Below are positions 13,686 to 26,420 of a stretch of DNA of 64,000 bases, in pieces. Source of the DNA: the human T2T-CHM13v2.0 reference genome, Homo sapiens; the NCBI RefSeq assembly GCF_009914755.1, contig NC_060929.1, one strand, 5' to 3'. The first letter of the stretch is position 1; the number at the start of each line of letters is the position of its first letter. The translations under genes and the position numbers were made by a program. Below the pieces are notes generated by a model. The model searched no databases, was not told the origin of the DNA, and worked only from the letters and a program-made list of their open reading frames with translations.

Positions 13686-14150
13686 TCATTCAATTGTTTG
13701 TTAATTTAATGAGAATTTATTGAGTTCTTCCCATATCCCCAACTCTGAGCTAGTCCCCAAAGGTACAAGGATGCACAAGATCCCACTTTCACAGTCAAGT
13801 ATAGGAGACAGTACAAAGTGATACAGACTATAATAGAGATCCATACAAAGAGCTGTAGGAGACAGAGGAGAGAGCAATTCGCAGGGATGGGGTGGAGGTG
13901 AGGGTGGAGTAAATGTAGAAAAGTCTCCCCAGAGGAAGAGATATTTAAGCCAGGTTTAAAAATAAGAAGGAGTTTTCCAAGCATAAGGCAGAATGTCATT
14001 TTAAGCAAAATGAACAGCATGAACAAAGCCACAGAGGCATTGAAGAGAAGGGAACAGTAAATAATTCTATGTGGCTGGAGCATGGGATGGGAGAAAACGT
14101 GATGAGAGATGAGAATGTAAAGTGATTATGAGACATATCATATAAGGTCC
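13686..14150 (-). mobile_element. L2 fragment
   Basis: ATTTATTGAG start; purine-rich AACAGCATGAACAAAGCCACAGAGGCA...TGTGGCTGGAGCA. Confidence 0.7.
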
Positions 14151-14300
14151 CTATCACAAAAGGCCACAGCCACAGTTTTCCCTAAGCAAAACTTATGCAG
14201 GCTATACTGAATCAATGACATGCACTGCACACTTCCCCTTGGGTTGTGCCAGAAATGAATCTCCTCCCATACCTGGTTGTTAAGAATTACTCTCTTTATC

Positions 14301-14551
14301 TGGGTAGCTAAAATAGTCAAATGCATAGAATTAAAGAGTAGAATGGTGGTTGCCAGGGGCCAGAGGAGGGAGTAAATGGGGATTTACTAATCAACAAGCA
14401 TAAAATTTCAGTCAAGCAAAATGAATAAGCTCCAAAGATCTGCTACACAACATGTACCTGTAGTCAACAATAATGTATTATACGCTTAATTTGTTAAGAT
14501 GGTACATCTCATCTTAAGTGTTTTTACCACAATAGGATTTTTAAAATAAAA
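14301..14551 (+). mobile_element. 5'-truncated L1MA9/L1MB1-type 3' end
   Basis: GAGTAGAATGGTGGTTGCCAGGGG...; TSD-like AATTACYCTCTTTATC on both sides. Confidence 0.8.
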
Positions 14552-15229
14552 AAATTACCCTCTTTATCCAGCCAAAGCACATTTCACTCAACAGTTTGTC
14601 AATTCCAGGCTCCCCCAGGCATTGTCACAATCACACCCAAAAAAAGAAGGGACTGCTGCACTTCTCTTAACCAATTAGTGGTCCATTTGGGTCTGTCAGC
14701 AATTTAAAGTTCCAGAAACAGTCTGCCGTTATGTTTATTTACATTTCTGCTGCCCTGAAAATGAAAATGATAGAAAAAAAGAGTGAGAAAGTAAGAAAAT
14801 AAAGATAATAAGGCTGGCAGAAATGCCTTAAACTAAAGCTCCATACTAAATCTTATCACAGATGGGAGGCCCACATATGAAAGATGTAGGCCTGAAATTG
14901 ACGGGCCTTGGCCAGAAGAGCGTGTTCCTCTGACAGGCCACAGAAGCAACAGCTATAATCGCAGGGAGGATTTGGCCCTCCAAAGTCAACCAACATTGCT
15001 TTTGGGAATTCTCTTGGACTGGCTGTCCCCCTATTGTGGACAGTTTGAAGACCCTTTGACCCTAAGCAGGACCACAAACTCAGCTCCTATTTGATCTGCT
15101 TTATTGCCCATGCTTTGAGGGAGGGGGAAGGGGAAATAACAACAGGACCTAGAGAATGTTTTCCCAGAGCTATAGGCTATACCTCTAACTTATGATGATA
15201 GTCACGTAACATCTGTTGAGCGTCCAAGT

Positions 15230-16227
15230 CATTTAGAAGACTCAAGAGAAGGAAAATCTATTGTACTTAGGCATATTTGGCCTTGCTATGTTCTTTCTTC
15301 CTGCCTGATGTTCCAAGATTCCTTCTTTCATCATTTTCTTTCTGTTTAGAGAACTGCATTTAGCCATTCTTTTAGGGTTGGTCTGCTGAAAACAAACTCT
15401 CTTAGTTCTCTTTCATCTGAAAATGTCTTGATTTCCTCTTTATCCTTAAAGACTTACTGGATATAGGATTCTGGGCTGACAGTTTTTTCCTTCAGCACTT
15501 GAAAAATATTGCACACTTCCAGCTGGCCTCCATGATTTCTGGTGAAAATCAGCTGTGATTTGAATTATTTCTCCCCTAAAAGTAAGGTGTTATTTCTCTC
15601 ATCTGGCTTTCAAGCTATTCCTTTGTCTTGAGTTTTAGAAGTTTGACTATGATGTATCTTAGTATGGGTTTCTCTGGGTGGGAATTTCTCAACTTCTTGA
15701 ATTTGACCAAATTTGAGGAGTTTTCAGCTATTATTTCTTTGAGTACTTCTTCAGGCCCAACCTCTTCCTTCACTGCTTTTGAAATTCTGATGATACAAAT
15801 ATTAGATCTTTTGCTATAGTTTCACAGGTTCCTGAGGCTCTGTTCATATTTTCTCATCTATTTCTCTCTGTTGTTCAGGTCATAAAATTTCCGGTTCACA
15901 GATTCTTCCTCTGTTCCCTCCCTTCTTCTAGTAATCCTGTCTATTGAGATATTTATTTGTTTATTGTATTTTCCAGTTCAAAGATTTTCATTTGGTTCTT
16001 CTTTATATCTTCTATTTATTTGCTGAGGCTTTCTATTTATTAATTTGTTTCAAGCGTTTTGTAATTGCTCGAATAATTTTATGATGGCTGCTTTAAAATT
16101 TTTGTCAGATAATTCTAATATCCGTCATCTCAGTGTTGACATTTTTGTAATTTTTCATTCAGTTTGAGCTCTTCCCACTTTTTAGTATAATGAGTTATTT
16201 TGGATTGAATCCTGGATATTTTGGGTA
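15230..16227 (-). mobile_element. Old L1 (L1MC-type) ORF1 region remnant
   Basis: GGATATAGGATTCTGGGCTGACAGTTTTTTCCTTCAGCACTTGAAAAAT; T-rich antisense ORF1. Confidence 0.7.
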
Positions 16228-16234
16228 CAGGTGG

Positions 16235-16598
16235 TGTTTTAGTGCATTCTCATACTGCTATGGAGAAATACCCAAGACTGGGTAATTTATAAAGAAAAAG
16301 AGGTTTAATAGACTCACAGTTCCACCTGGCTGGGGAGGCCTCGCAATCATGGCGGAAGGCAAAGGAGGAGCAAAGACGTGTCTTGCATGGTGGCAGGCAA
16401 GCGAGCATGTGCAGGGAAACTGCCCTTTATAAAACCAACAGATTTTGTGAGACTTATTCACTATCATAAGAACAGCACAGGAAACAGCCATCCCTATGAT
16501 TCAATTACTTCCCACTGGGTCCCTCCTATGACACATGGGGATTATGAGAGCTACAATTCAAGATGAGATTCTGGTGGGGACACAGCCAAATCATATCA
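16235..16598 (-). mobile_element. THE1 (B/D-like) solo LTR
   Basis: Reverse THE1 ending CACAGCCAAATCATATCA; TSD GGTGG/GGTGA. Confidence 0.92.
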
Positions 16599-16764
16599 GG
16601 TGAATTTCTCAAGATTGCATTTGGTTCCCACTCATAATTGAGACATGAGTGAGACATGAGTACAGGACACATTTCATAATCCATTTATTTCAACTATAAG
16701 GAAAACAACAGTATAAGCACAATAATAAATGGTAAGTAGAGATCTCATTATGAAGAGACAACAG

Positions 16765-17060
16765 AGAGCGGTGGGGACTGTGGCAAACTGGAGGGTAATT
16801 GCTCAGTATAGGGTGGTAGCTACTACTTACTTCTTCCTGATTGTTGATGAAGGAGATTTTAAGTCTAATGTTATTAGATATTCTTACCTTTTAGGAGAAG
16901 GCAGGCATCCAGATTTTTATATGTAATTTCTGTATTTTAAAATGATGAAAAAGAATTTAAATTATTTAAAACAATGTATTGGTACACATCATGAAGACCA
17001 AACTAAACACAACAGTGATCAGAATATACTCTAGGTGTAGCCAGTCAACAACCTTCGCTT
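16765..17060. mobile_element. MER103-like hAT element
   Basis: GTGGGGACTGTGGCAAACTGGAG and GAGAAG..CCAGATTTTTATATG motifs. Confidence 0.55.
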
Positions 17061-17924
17061 TAGAAAAATATATTTTCCTAAGCAAAGATATAGTGCCTGA
17101 AATTCATTTTCTGTTTTAGAGAAAGATATATGGCCTTATGTGAATTGCTCACAGGAAACTGCAAGTCAAGATATGAATCCTCACTATAGCTGGAACTGGA
17201 ACTGAACCAATCTAGAGAAAGCTTAGTACTTTTGTCTTATTTGTGGAATTATTTAAGAATAAATTATCTAGCTTTGGCAAAATGAACTGATGAAGGACTC
17301 ATAAACTGATAGGAGTGCTCTTTGGGGGCCTAAAGGTAAGACCACCCACAACGGGTGGGGGATGGGGTTTTCCCTGAAAGGGGTGTACATTCCCACTGTC
17401 AACCATCCTGGGAATGAAAGAGCCCATAAAAACAAATAAGAAGTTGGAGAATGCGCCCTAGACTGAGAATGGGAAAATGTTGCAAACTGACCTAAGCCAA
17501 TGTGTGCTTTTCACATACATCAGGTTTTAATTGCTAAAAATCTAGTTTTGGAGCCTCTAGTTTTGAGGTGAATGGGAGCTGCATGTCTTCTTTCCTAGAA
17601 CTTCCTACCAGACAGAATTCTGCCACATCTTTTTCAGTAAGCAGGAACAAAAATATTCAATGTGACTTGGGGGCTCAGAAAATCTCTAGCTGTCCTTTAG
17701 AAATTTGGACAAGCCCATTGCATGAAATATTACCTCACAGGCAGATACAACAAAATTTCTGACAGCAGTATTAGGACAAACTCCTGCCATTAAGTGGTAC
17801 CACATAAGACCACCCAGTTTTAGCCCTGCAGTTCTTTCCTGAAGGTATTAGACTCTCCTGATTCTTATATGCCATTCATTCAAGGGTTAAGGTGTCTACA
17901 TAATCTTTCTAAACAGTCCCATTA

Positions 17925-18251
17925 CAATCATGTGCCACATAGACCATGTTGTAGTTAATGCCAGAATGTATATACCACAATGGTGTGATAAGATTACACA
18001 GTAGTACCATAATTTTACTGCACTTTTCTATGTTTAGATGTGCAAATACTTATTGTGTTACAACTGCCTACAGTAACATGCTCTACAGGTTTGTCACCTA
18101 AGATCAATAGGATATACAATGTAGCTGAGGTGTATAGTAGACTATACCATCTTAGTTTGTGTAAATACACCTGTGACATTCACACAACCACACAATTGCC
18201 TAATAACGCATTTCTCAGAATGTATCTTCATGATTAAGCAATGCATGACTG
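17925..18251. mobile_element. Tigger3a (MER7-type) element
   Basis: Termini CAATCATGTGC / GCATGACTG with flanking TA; CATTTCTCAGAATGTATC internal motif. Confidence 0.85.
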
Positions 18252-18451
18252 TATTTTGACATGACTCATTTCATCAATGAAAATGCATTCCCATTATCCT
18301 TTCTGCTACCTAACCAGTACGTTGATACAGATTTACATAATGAACTTTGAAGCACGTCTGAGTGGTGACAACTCCTCATTAGAGCCCTTCAAAATCTAAC
18401 TCTCCCTTGAGTGTGAATCGTCCCCAACCAGGATGTGGATGAATGTTAATG

Positions 18452-18606
18452 CAAACACGCATACACTCATACATATGCACATGTACACACACACACATAC
18501 ATATTCACACACATAAATATACAATATTGCACACACATACATACATGTACATATATGCATGCATGCACTCACACACACACAAAAAAATACACATGCACAT
18601 ACACTC
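18452..18606. repeat. Degenerate (CA)n/(CATA)n simple repeat
   Basis: Direct inspection. Confidence 0.85.
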
Positions 18607-18639
18607 TCGTGCATCACATGGCTTCTAGAGCCTACTTTT

Positions 18640-18845
18640 GAATCTAGATGCACCCTTTAGTCAATGTTTGGCCTTAAATCAGTTACCTACCTTTTCTGTA
18701 TTTCAGTTTCATCCTCTGTAAAATTGGTATGATAATAGTACCAATCTTACAGGATTGTTATAAGGCTTAAATGAGTTAATATATGGAATGCTTTATATAG
18801 TAAACTCTATAGAAGTATAAACTGTGGTTGTCATTATTATTAATG
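18640..18845 (+). mobile_element. MIR
   Basis: TTTCAGTTTCATCCTCTGTAAAATTGGTATGATAATAGTACC...AGGATTGTTATAAGGCTTAAATGAG. Confidence 0.75.
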
Positions 18846-20051
18846 TTAATATTGTTAGTGATCTATTTTAAAGTAAATGAATGATAATGTAGCAATAGAG
18901 AACTTCTTCCTCTCTGTTGAAGTTGAATGGGCGGCACAGGTCGCAGAGAACCTGATACTGAGGAATAGAAATAAGTTTGTGGGGAGGGAGACATTGGCTG
19001 TTCTCCAGAACAGCAGGCTGGGTCTGACAAGGGACCAACATAGAGGCTCCTGGGCTTGTGGGCCCCAAAGGCAGCCACGTCCAGTAGCCAGTTGATAGTC
19101 ACTCTTCATAATATAATTCCCTTTGTTTACCCCTGAGTTATTAAAAAATACAACATAGGTGAACAATTCTTTAGGGAATTTAGGAGAAAGGATATGTATA
19201 CACTCGCACTAGAGAAATGAAAGAGGCAGCATTAGCTGAGGAGTTGGCAGTGGGGGGAAGGAGAGGCATCCAGAGCTATAGACACAGTGGCCTGTGGCTG
19301 AGCAGGAGAGGCAGTCCACATCTAAGTGACTGCAAAGGCTCAGATGCAGTGGGAACTGATGAGGCAACATCTGCCCGACCATCCCCCAGAACAGCTGGAT
19401 AGGAGAGAAACTTGCAAAGAGGGAGTGGGGTCCTGCTCTCACTGAGTGGGAATATTTGCACAGCAGCAGATTTTGAGTTTACCTGCTAATGTAATCCCCT
19501 TTATATACTCAAATAAGTGAGAATGTAATCCCCTTTATATACTCAGATAAGTGAGACTTAAGGGCTATTTGCTTCACACCCATTACATAGACAAGTAATA
19601 TTAGCCCACAAGTGATAACAGTAATAGCAGCCAGTAAATAACAGAGCTGGCATTTGCACCAAGTTGGACTGACCTCAGAATCTATACTGTGTTTACTAAG
19701 GGAGAGAGGAAGTTCTGAAAAAAAATGCATGGAGGACCAGGCAGATTTAATTAAACTCTACAAACAGTATGAGAGGAAACTTTAGAAAGTGGACACTCTA
19801 ATGATGCTACCTAGGAAGAAGACACTAGAAGCCTGCAATTGGAGACCAAGAAGATTAGAAGAGACAGAAATGTTTCTAGCCAGGGAGTGAATGGCCAACC
19901 AATCCAGACAGAGCTAAGTCCTATGATTACATAATGAAGCCACGTATGTTGCTTCGAAAACAATGATAGTCTATTAGGCAGCATCCATTGAATGCAGGCA
20001 GAGTTCATGATGTTAGAGGAAAAACAGAAAAGGAAAAGCACACTGTACAGA

Positions 20052-20570
20052 TGTTACCAGTGGAGGGTGTCCAGATTCTTGGCATTTTAAACAAAGAACT
20101 GGAAAAAAACTCACAAATAAAGCAATGAAAGAAACAGATTTACTGAAATGAAAGTACACTCCACAGAGCAGGAGTGGGCTTCAGCAAGTGGCTCATGAGC
20201 ACTGGTTACAGAATTTTCTGCGATTTAAATACTCTCTAGAGATTTCCCATTGGTTACTTGTAAATTACTATGTAAATTAAGTAGTGGCCCTCAATCAGAG
20301 GCTGAAGTGAAATTACAAAGTTATACTCCTATGCAGATGAAGACTTGGCCCCGACCAGCCTGATTGGTTGCAAGAGGGGACCAATCAGAGGTACTTTCAA
20401 TTTTTCATCTGCCACCCAGAAAAGGGGCATGAGGGTTCTAAAGGGAGTAGCCTCTGGTCCTTTTGTCACTTGGGCATGGAAAGCTGGGGTTTTCCTGTTT
20501 ATGTTGTTCTAGGAAGTCAGTGTGGATCGGCCTTAGGTTCCCTGCCTCCAGACCCTATTCTCCTGCCTCA
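20052..20570 (-). mobile_element. MER51 (ERV1) solo LTR
   Basis: Reverse begins TGAGGCAGGAGAATAGGGTCTGGAGGCAGGGAACCTAAGGCC; 4-bp TSD CAGA. Confidence 0.9.
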
Positions 20571-21361
20571 CAGAGAGATCACACGAAGCAGGTAGACCCA
20601 CAAGAATCATGATGGCCAAGTCTCTCAGTCTGACCTACTGGTTATGAACACAGCCTTTGTCATTCCTGACCACAGCTTCAATGTGGAGAGGAAACCTCTC
20701 TGAGCCAGCCAGTCAGCACCAAACAGACTATGCCAGTGACCCAGAAGCAAAACCTCTGTGTGTCTTGGTGTCCTGGGATCCCAGTATGCTGAGGTTCACT
20801 GCCTTGACCTTCACGATGACCCCCAAAACTCAGTGAAGGTGAGATGGAAGTGCAATGCCCTTGAAAGCATAGCAGTCAGTGGTGAGCTGGTAAAATGGTT
20901 AGCAACCAGCTCTTGGAAGAAAAAGCCTTGATTTGTATTGTTTGCTGATTTCCATTGTGTAAATATTCCCACCATAGCCAGTTTCAGGCTACTGATGTGA
21001 CGTCACTAAATGTGATGCTGGGAAGAGATGCTGAGTAACACACCACTATATAGTGCAGACACAACAGACATAAGTGACCTCAACAGTATAGGTATTAGGA
21101 AAATGTGATAAAATAATTAAGAAGTATAGTTGGCCCCTGAATTACATGGGAGTTAGGGGCACCAACCCTCTGCAGAGTCAAAAATCTGTGTATAAATTTC
21201 AACTCCCTAAAACCTTAACTACTAATAGCCCACTGTTGACAGGAAGCATCACAGATAACACAAACAGCCAATTAACACATATTTTGTATAATATATATAT
21301 TATGCACTGTATTGTTACAATAAAGTAAACTTGAGAGAAGAAAATGTTATTAAGAAAATCA

Positions 21362-21726
<365 letters not shown>

Positions 21727-22059
21727 TCAATACTGTAAGTTTATATTGTCTGCTTATAAGATGAATCATGTATCTGAAATGGTGAGCAAATGCAGCTACA
21801 GATCTCATCTATGGTACATATTAAGCAATTTAACTTTTTCTTGTAACGTCATGACTTTTCTTTACTACTTGGGGGCACTTCCACCATCGTTGGTGACACT
21901 TTCTATGGGTCTCATGGTGTTATTGAAGGTTTACAGTATTGCATTAAACACATTGAAAAATACAAGAGAACAACAAAAGATCACCTCTTACTGCAATTTG
22001 TAATTTACTGGAGAGATGAACTGCTCACAAGAAGATGATGAGTGGCATATGCATTTTAA

Positions 22060-22368
<309 letters not shown>

Positions 22369-24971
22369 AGCACATGCATTTTAAATGGATACTTGCAACA
22401 ACTGAAATCACTGCAATTGCAGCAGGTGGTGACTACAAAATTATTACAGCAGTACAGTGTATAATACAGTTAATTTATGTAGTTATTATTTAATACTGCA
22501 TCTTTTTGTTTGGTGAAATTTCTGTCGACTGCAAATGGCAACATAAACAGTCTATATTTGTATGCATAAGTTTTGATAAATTTTAACTTTTTATAATATA
22601 TTTGTGTATATTTTATAGTAGTGAGTGATAAAATAGACTAGTATCTACATATATTTTATGAATTCCTGACTTTTTTTTAACTTTTCAACATTTCTAGGCT
22701 ATGCAGTTCATCTTTGGATTTTTTCAAATTGTTGCAAATCTCCAAAAAATTGTCCAGTATATTTACTGAGAAAAATATGTGTATAACTGGACCTGCAAAG
22801 TTCAAACGCATGTTGTTCAAGGGTCAACTGTTGTTTTATATGATTTATTTAATTGTAAGTTTATCTAACTTAATTTTCAATATTGGCTAAGTAAACAACT
22901 GGCTTTCAAAATCCCTAAAAATTTAACAGTTGGCTCTTGTGAGCTAGGACAAGCCAGCTCCAGCATACCTCTGAGCCAGTGTTTTACTTTATGAAGAATT
23001 ATTGACTGAAAGGTGAACTAGCAAAGGAATGCGATTTTTACAAAGGGGCAAGTCATCCAAGGAGGTAACACAAAAAAGTAAAGAAGTTTTAAAGCAATCT
23101 TAGAGGGCTTTTTCACTTCCACCTTGTCAGCGTAGGTTTGCAAATTTTTATCAAAATTTGCCATCGATTGGTTTCTTCAATGTTAATAATTTGTTGAATT
23201 GCAACTTCTCTTGTATAGTCACCCCTCTATAGAATATATTAAAGGTCTAACTCAGTCTTCTACACGTTCCCCTGTAATAAAATATAATAGGTATCATTTT
23301 TATAGTTGTATCTTCTCAAAAATAAATTTAGTGGGAGACAGAGGGTGGACGGGGGAAGACTGAAGATGAAGAAGATAAATTGGTGATTTAGCACCACTTC
23401 ACTGTCCACAAACTCATATTACATTTAATACTGCTCCCCAAGATCAAAGAAGCAAATGGATAGGTGAAAATCAACAGGATGCACCTGAGCATTTAGGATC
23501 AAAGACACAGATAATCCCTGCTCTTGAAGATTTTGTTCATCAGGGTTCCCCAGAGCCCACCATGGTATTTGGTATATGTACAGTAGATATCAGGTCCTTA
23601 TTTATTGACTATTGGTTCCCCCAACCTTCAGAAGCAAGCTAAGTGTCCTCGGATGCGGTAAGACCTATCTAAAGAAGGGATTATTAAACAAAATGAATTT
23701 ACCCTTTCAGAAAATTCAGCTCACCTGCCCAGAGTTCTAAGGAAGAGCCTGTTAGGAATGTTTATCCTGTTGGAAGGCTTACAAGGAGATTTAAGTTGTA
23801 CACCTCACTTCTAAACAGCCTTGAATTATTAGGGAAGATCAATTTGCTGCCATCTATTTTGTAACAACCAAGTGAACAATGACAGCGAGGTCAGTTTCCC
23901 TTAGAATAATAATGGTGTCACCTATGATGGGTTTAGTTTCTCTGAGGAAACTTTCATGTTGGTTTATAGGATTGTTGGCCACCAACTGAGGCTGCCCAGT
24001 GCCTGCCCCCAAAGCTTTGAGGGAAATTGTGTTCTCCCAACAGAAGTTACCTCTTTAGGGTCTAACATTTCTCCCTCAGTAAGACCTCTTTCCCTAAGCT
24101 CCTGGCTATACATTTCATCTGACATAAATGTTTGTACTGAATCTTCTGTGAAATGTTTAGACTGCCAACAACACTAAAAACTCAAAAACAACTCCTTGCC
24201 CACATACTTTTCATATTCCACATAAATCCTCACTTAAGAGATACAGAGTATACAACATATGGTGAGTCCTGTTCTCAAATAACCAGAAGTAACTTGAATA
24301 GGATCATTAAACTATCTTCCTTTCAGACACTAGTGAAAGTAACATTTGGGAATAGGAAATACAAAAGAATGATCCATCACAAGAAAACTAAAAATATTTC
24401 CTGTTACAATGGCATAGATTTGATTGGGTGAGATTTCCTGAAGTATTGCAAATGAGATCTATTGGCACAAAAGGAAAAGGAAATAAATATTTGTCTACAT
24501 TTGTAAAGCTAAGAGAGTAGGACTTTAAACCCTATTTACCTTTTAAAATTAAGCATAGCTGGAAATAATAATATACCCAGGAGCGAGCAGGAAGCCATCT
24601 TTCCACAGTAAGGCACTGTATGAACCAGAAACATGCCATGTAACTTGAACCATCTGGGAAGGACATGGGTTGTACTCTAAGGATAACAGAGACATGACAT
24701 TTTCAAATGTATATACAACGATGATCAAAGCCTTGAAATGCTCAAGGAAACTCATTTCTGTTATAATACGTAAATAACTTCACCAGGAAAACACACATAA
24801 AATGCCTCCATTGAAAATAAAACCAGTTTACATAAATGTATAGTCAGTTCTGAAGCTTATTTTCACATAAACGTAATTTTAATCTAGATGTAGTCTTTTT
24901 TAAATTTAGCATTCTTTTATAAACTCTTTACCATGTAACAAAAAAGTCCACATGGTCATCATCATAACAAC

Positions 24972-25440
24972 TGTCTTGGGTTGGGTCCCTCCAAAAAGCA
25001 GGTGCTGAGACATGGATGTGAGTACAAATAGTTCTTTTAGGAGGTAATCCCAAGAAATACTTGCAGAAAACTGGGAAAAATGAGGAAACCAGTGAAGGAT
25101 ATGTTATTGGGCAAGTTACCACTGTGAGTCACCAGGGCTCAATCCCCACTGGGGACCCCGGGAGACAGTGTGGAACACACCCTAGAGTTAACCCAACCAA
25201 GGGGTGAAGCAGCTGGGGTATTTATTCACTAACTCCCATCGGCAAATGGCTGAGAGATGCTTCCAGGGGGTTTTAATCCTCAGCATTTTAAGGCTGCTCT
25301 GCGAAGGGGCTCAGAGGGCTTTGACACTCAGAGAAAGCTCATTGGCAAAGATTTGCAGGTGCTTACAGTTGGAAGTGACTGGATAGCAAGCATATGAATG
25401 GGAAGTCCTGAGGTTGTGTGGTCATGGCACAAGAGAATCA
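24972..25440 (-). mobile_element. LTR33-type ERVL LTR
   Basis: TGTCTTGGGTTGGGTCCCTCCAAAAAGCAG..CTGAGAC...GGAGGTAATCCCA. Confidence 0.7.
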
Positions 25441-25654
25441 GGTGAAATAACTGTATAATATTTCATCATATTACTATACTACCATTTTTCTATTTGCTTT
25501 GAGAACAGACTTTAATTGTCCAAGTTTTAGAAAGAAGTCAGTTAGTATAACACTCATGTGAAACTTAGAATAGGTACCTAAGAGTTGTATTAAATTGTTT
25601 TATAATTAACATTGTAGAAAGATGAATGCATTGTTTTTGTTCAAAAGTTGTTCA

Positions 25655-26420
25655 TTCACTCTACACTCATTAAGATGACTATAATTAAAAGAAAGAAAGT
25701 GACAAGTATTGGGGAAGATGTAGACAGATCAGAACCCTTGCCCACTGTTGAGTGGGAATGTAAATTGTGCAGCCACTGTGGAAAACAGTATGGTAGTTCA
25801 GCAAAAAAATTTAAATTGAATTAGCATATGATCCAGCAATTCCCCTCCTGGGTATATACTCAAGAGAATTAAAAGCAGGGACTTAAACAGATAAATATTC
25901 ATATTCCCCTGCTAAGAGTAGCTTTATGCACAGTAAACAAAAGATGGAAGCAACCCAAATGTCTATCAATGCATGAATGGATAAAGTGTGGTCTGTACAT
26001 ATAATGGAATATTATTCAGCCATAAAAAGGAAATATGGCATATTCTATTACATAGGTGAGCCTTGAGGATATTATGCTAAGTGAAATAAGCCAGTCTCAA
26101 AAGAACAAATACTGTCTGTATAATTCTACTTATATGAGGTACCTAGAGTAGTCAAATTTACAGAGACAGAAAGAAGGGTAGTTTCCAGGGGCTGAGAGAG
26201 TGGGGAATGGAGAGTTATTGTTTAATGAGTATACAGTTTCAATTTTGGAAGATGAAAAAAGCTCTGGAGATGGCTGGTAGCAACGGTTGCCCAACAATGT
26301 AAATGGACTTAATGCCATCAAACTGTACACTTAAAAATGGTTAAAATGGTAAATTCCATTTGTATAAGTCTTACTTTAATAAAAAGAATCCTGCAAAAAA
26401 TTTAAAAATAAAAATAAGCA
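25655..26420 (+). mobile_element. L1MB3-like ORF2 end and 3'UTR
   Basis: ATATGATCCAGCAATTCC, GGAAGCAACCCAAATGTC, ACTGTACACTTAAAAATGGTTAAAATGG, A-rich tail. Confidence 0.85.

Noticed and set aside
18855-19166. Overlapping short ORFs and a minus-strand acceptor (TATTTCTATTCCTCAG) near 18960
   Set aside because: No matching donor or recognisable peptide; too weak to call an exon
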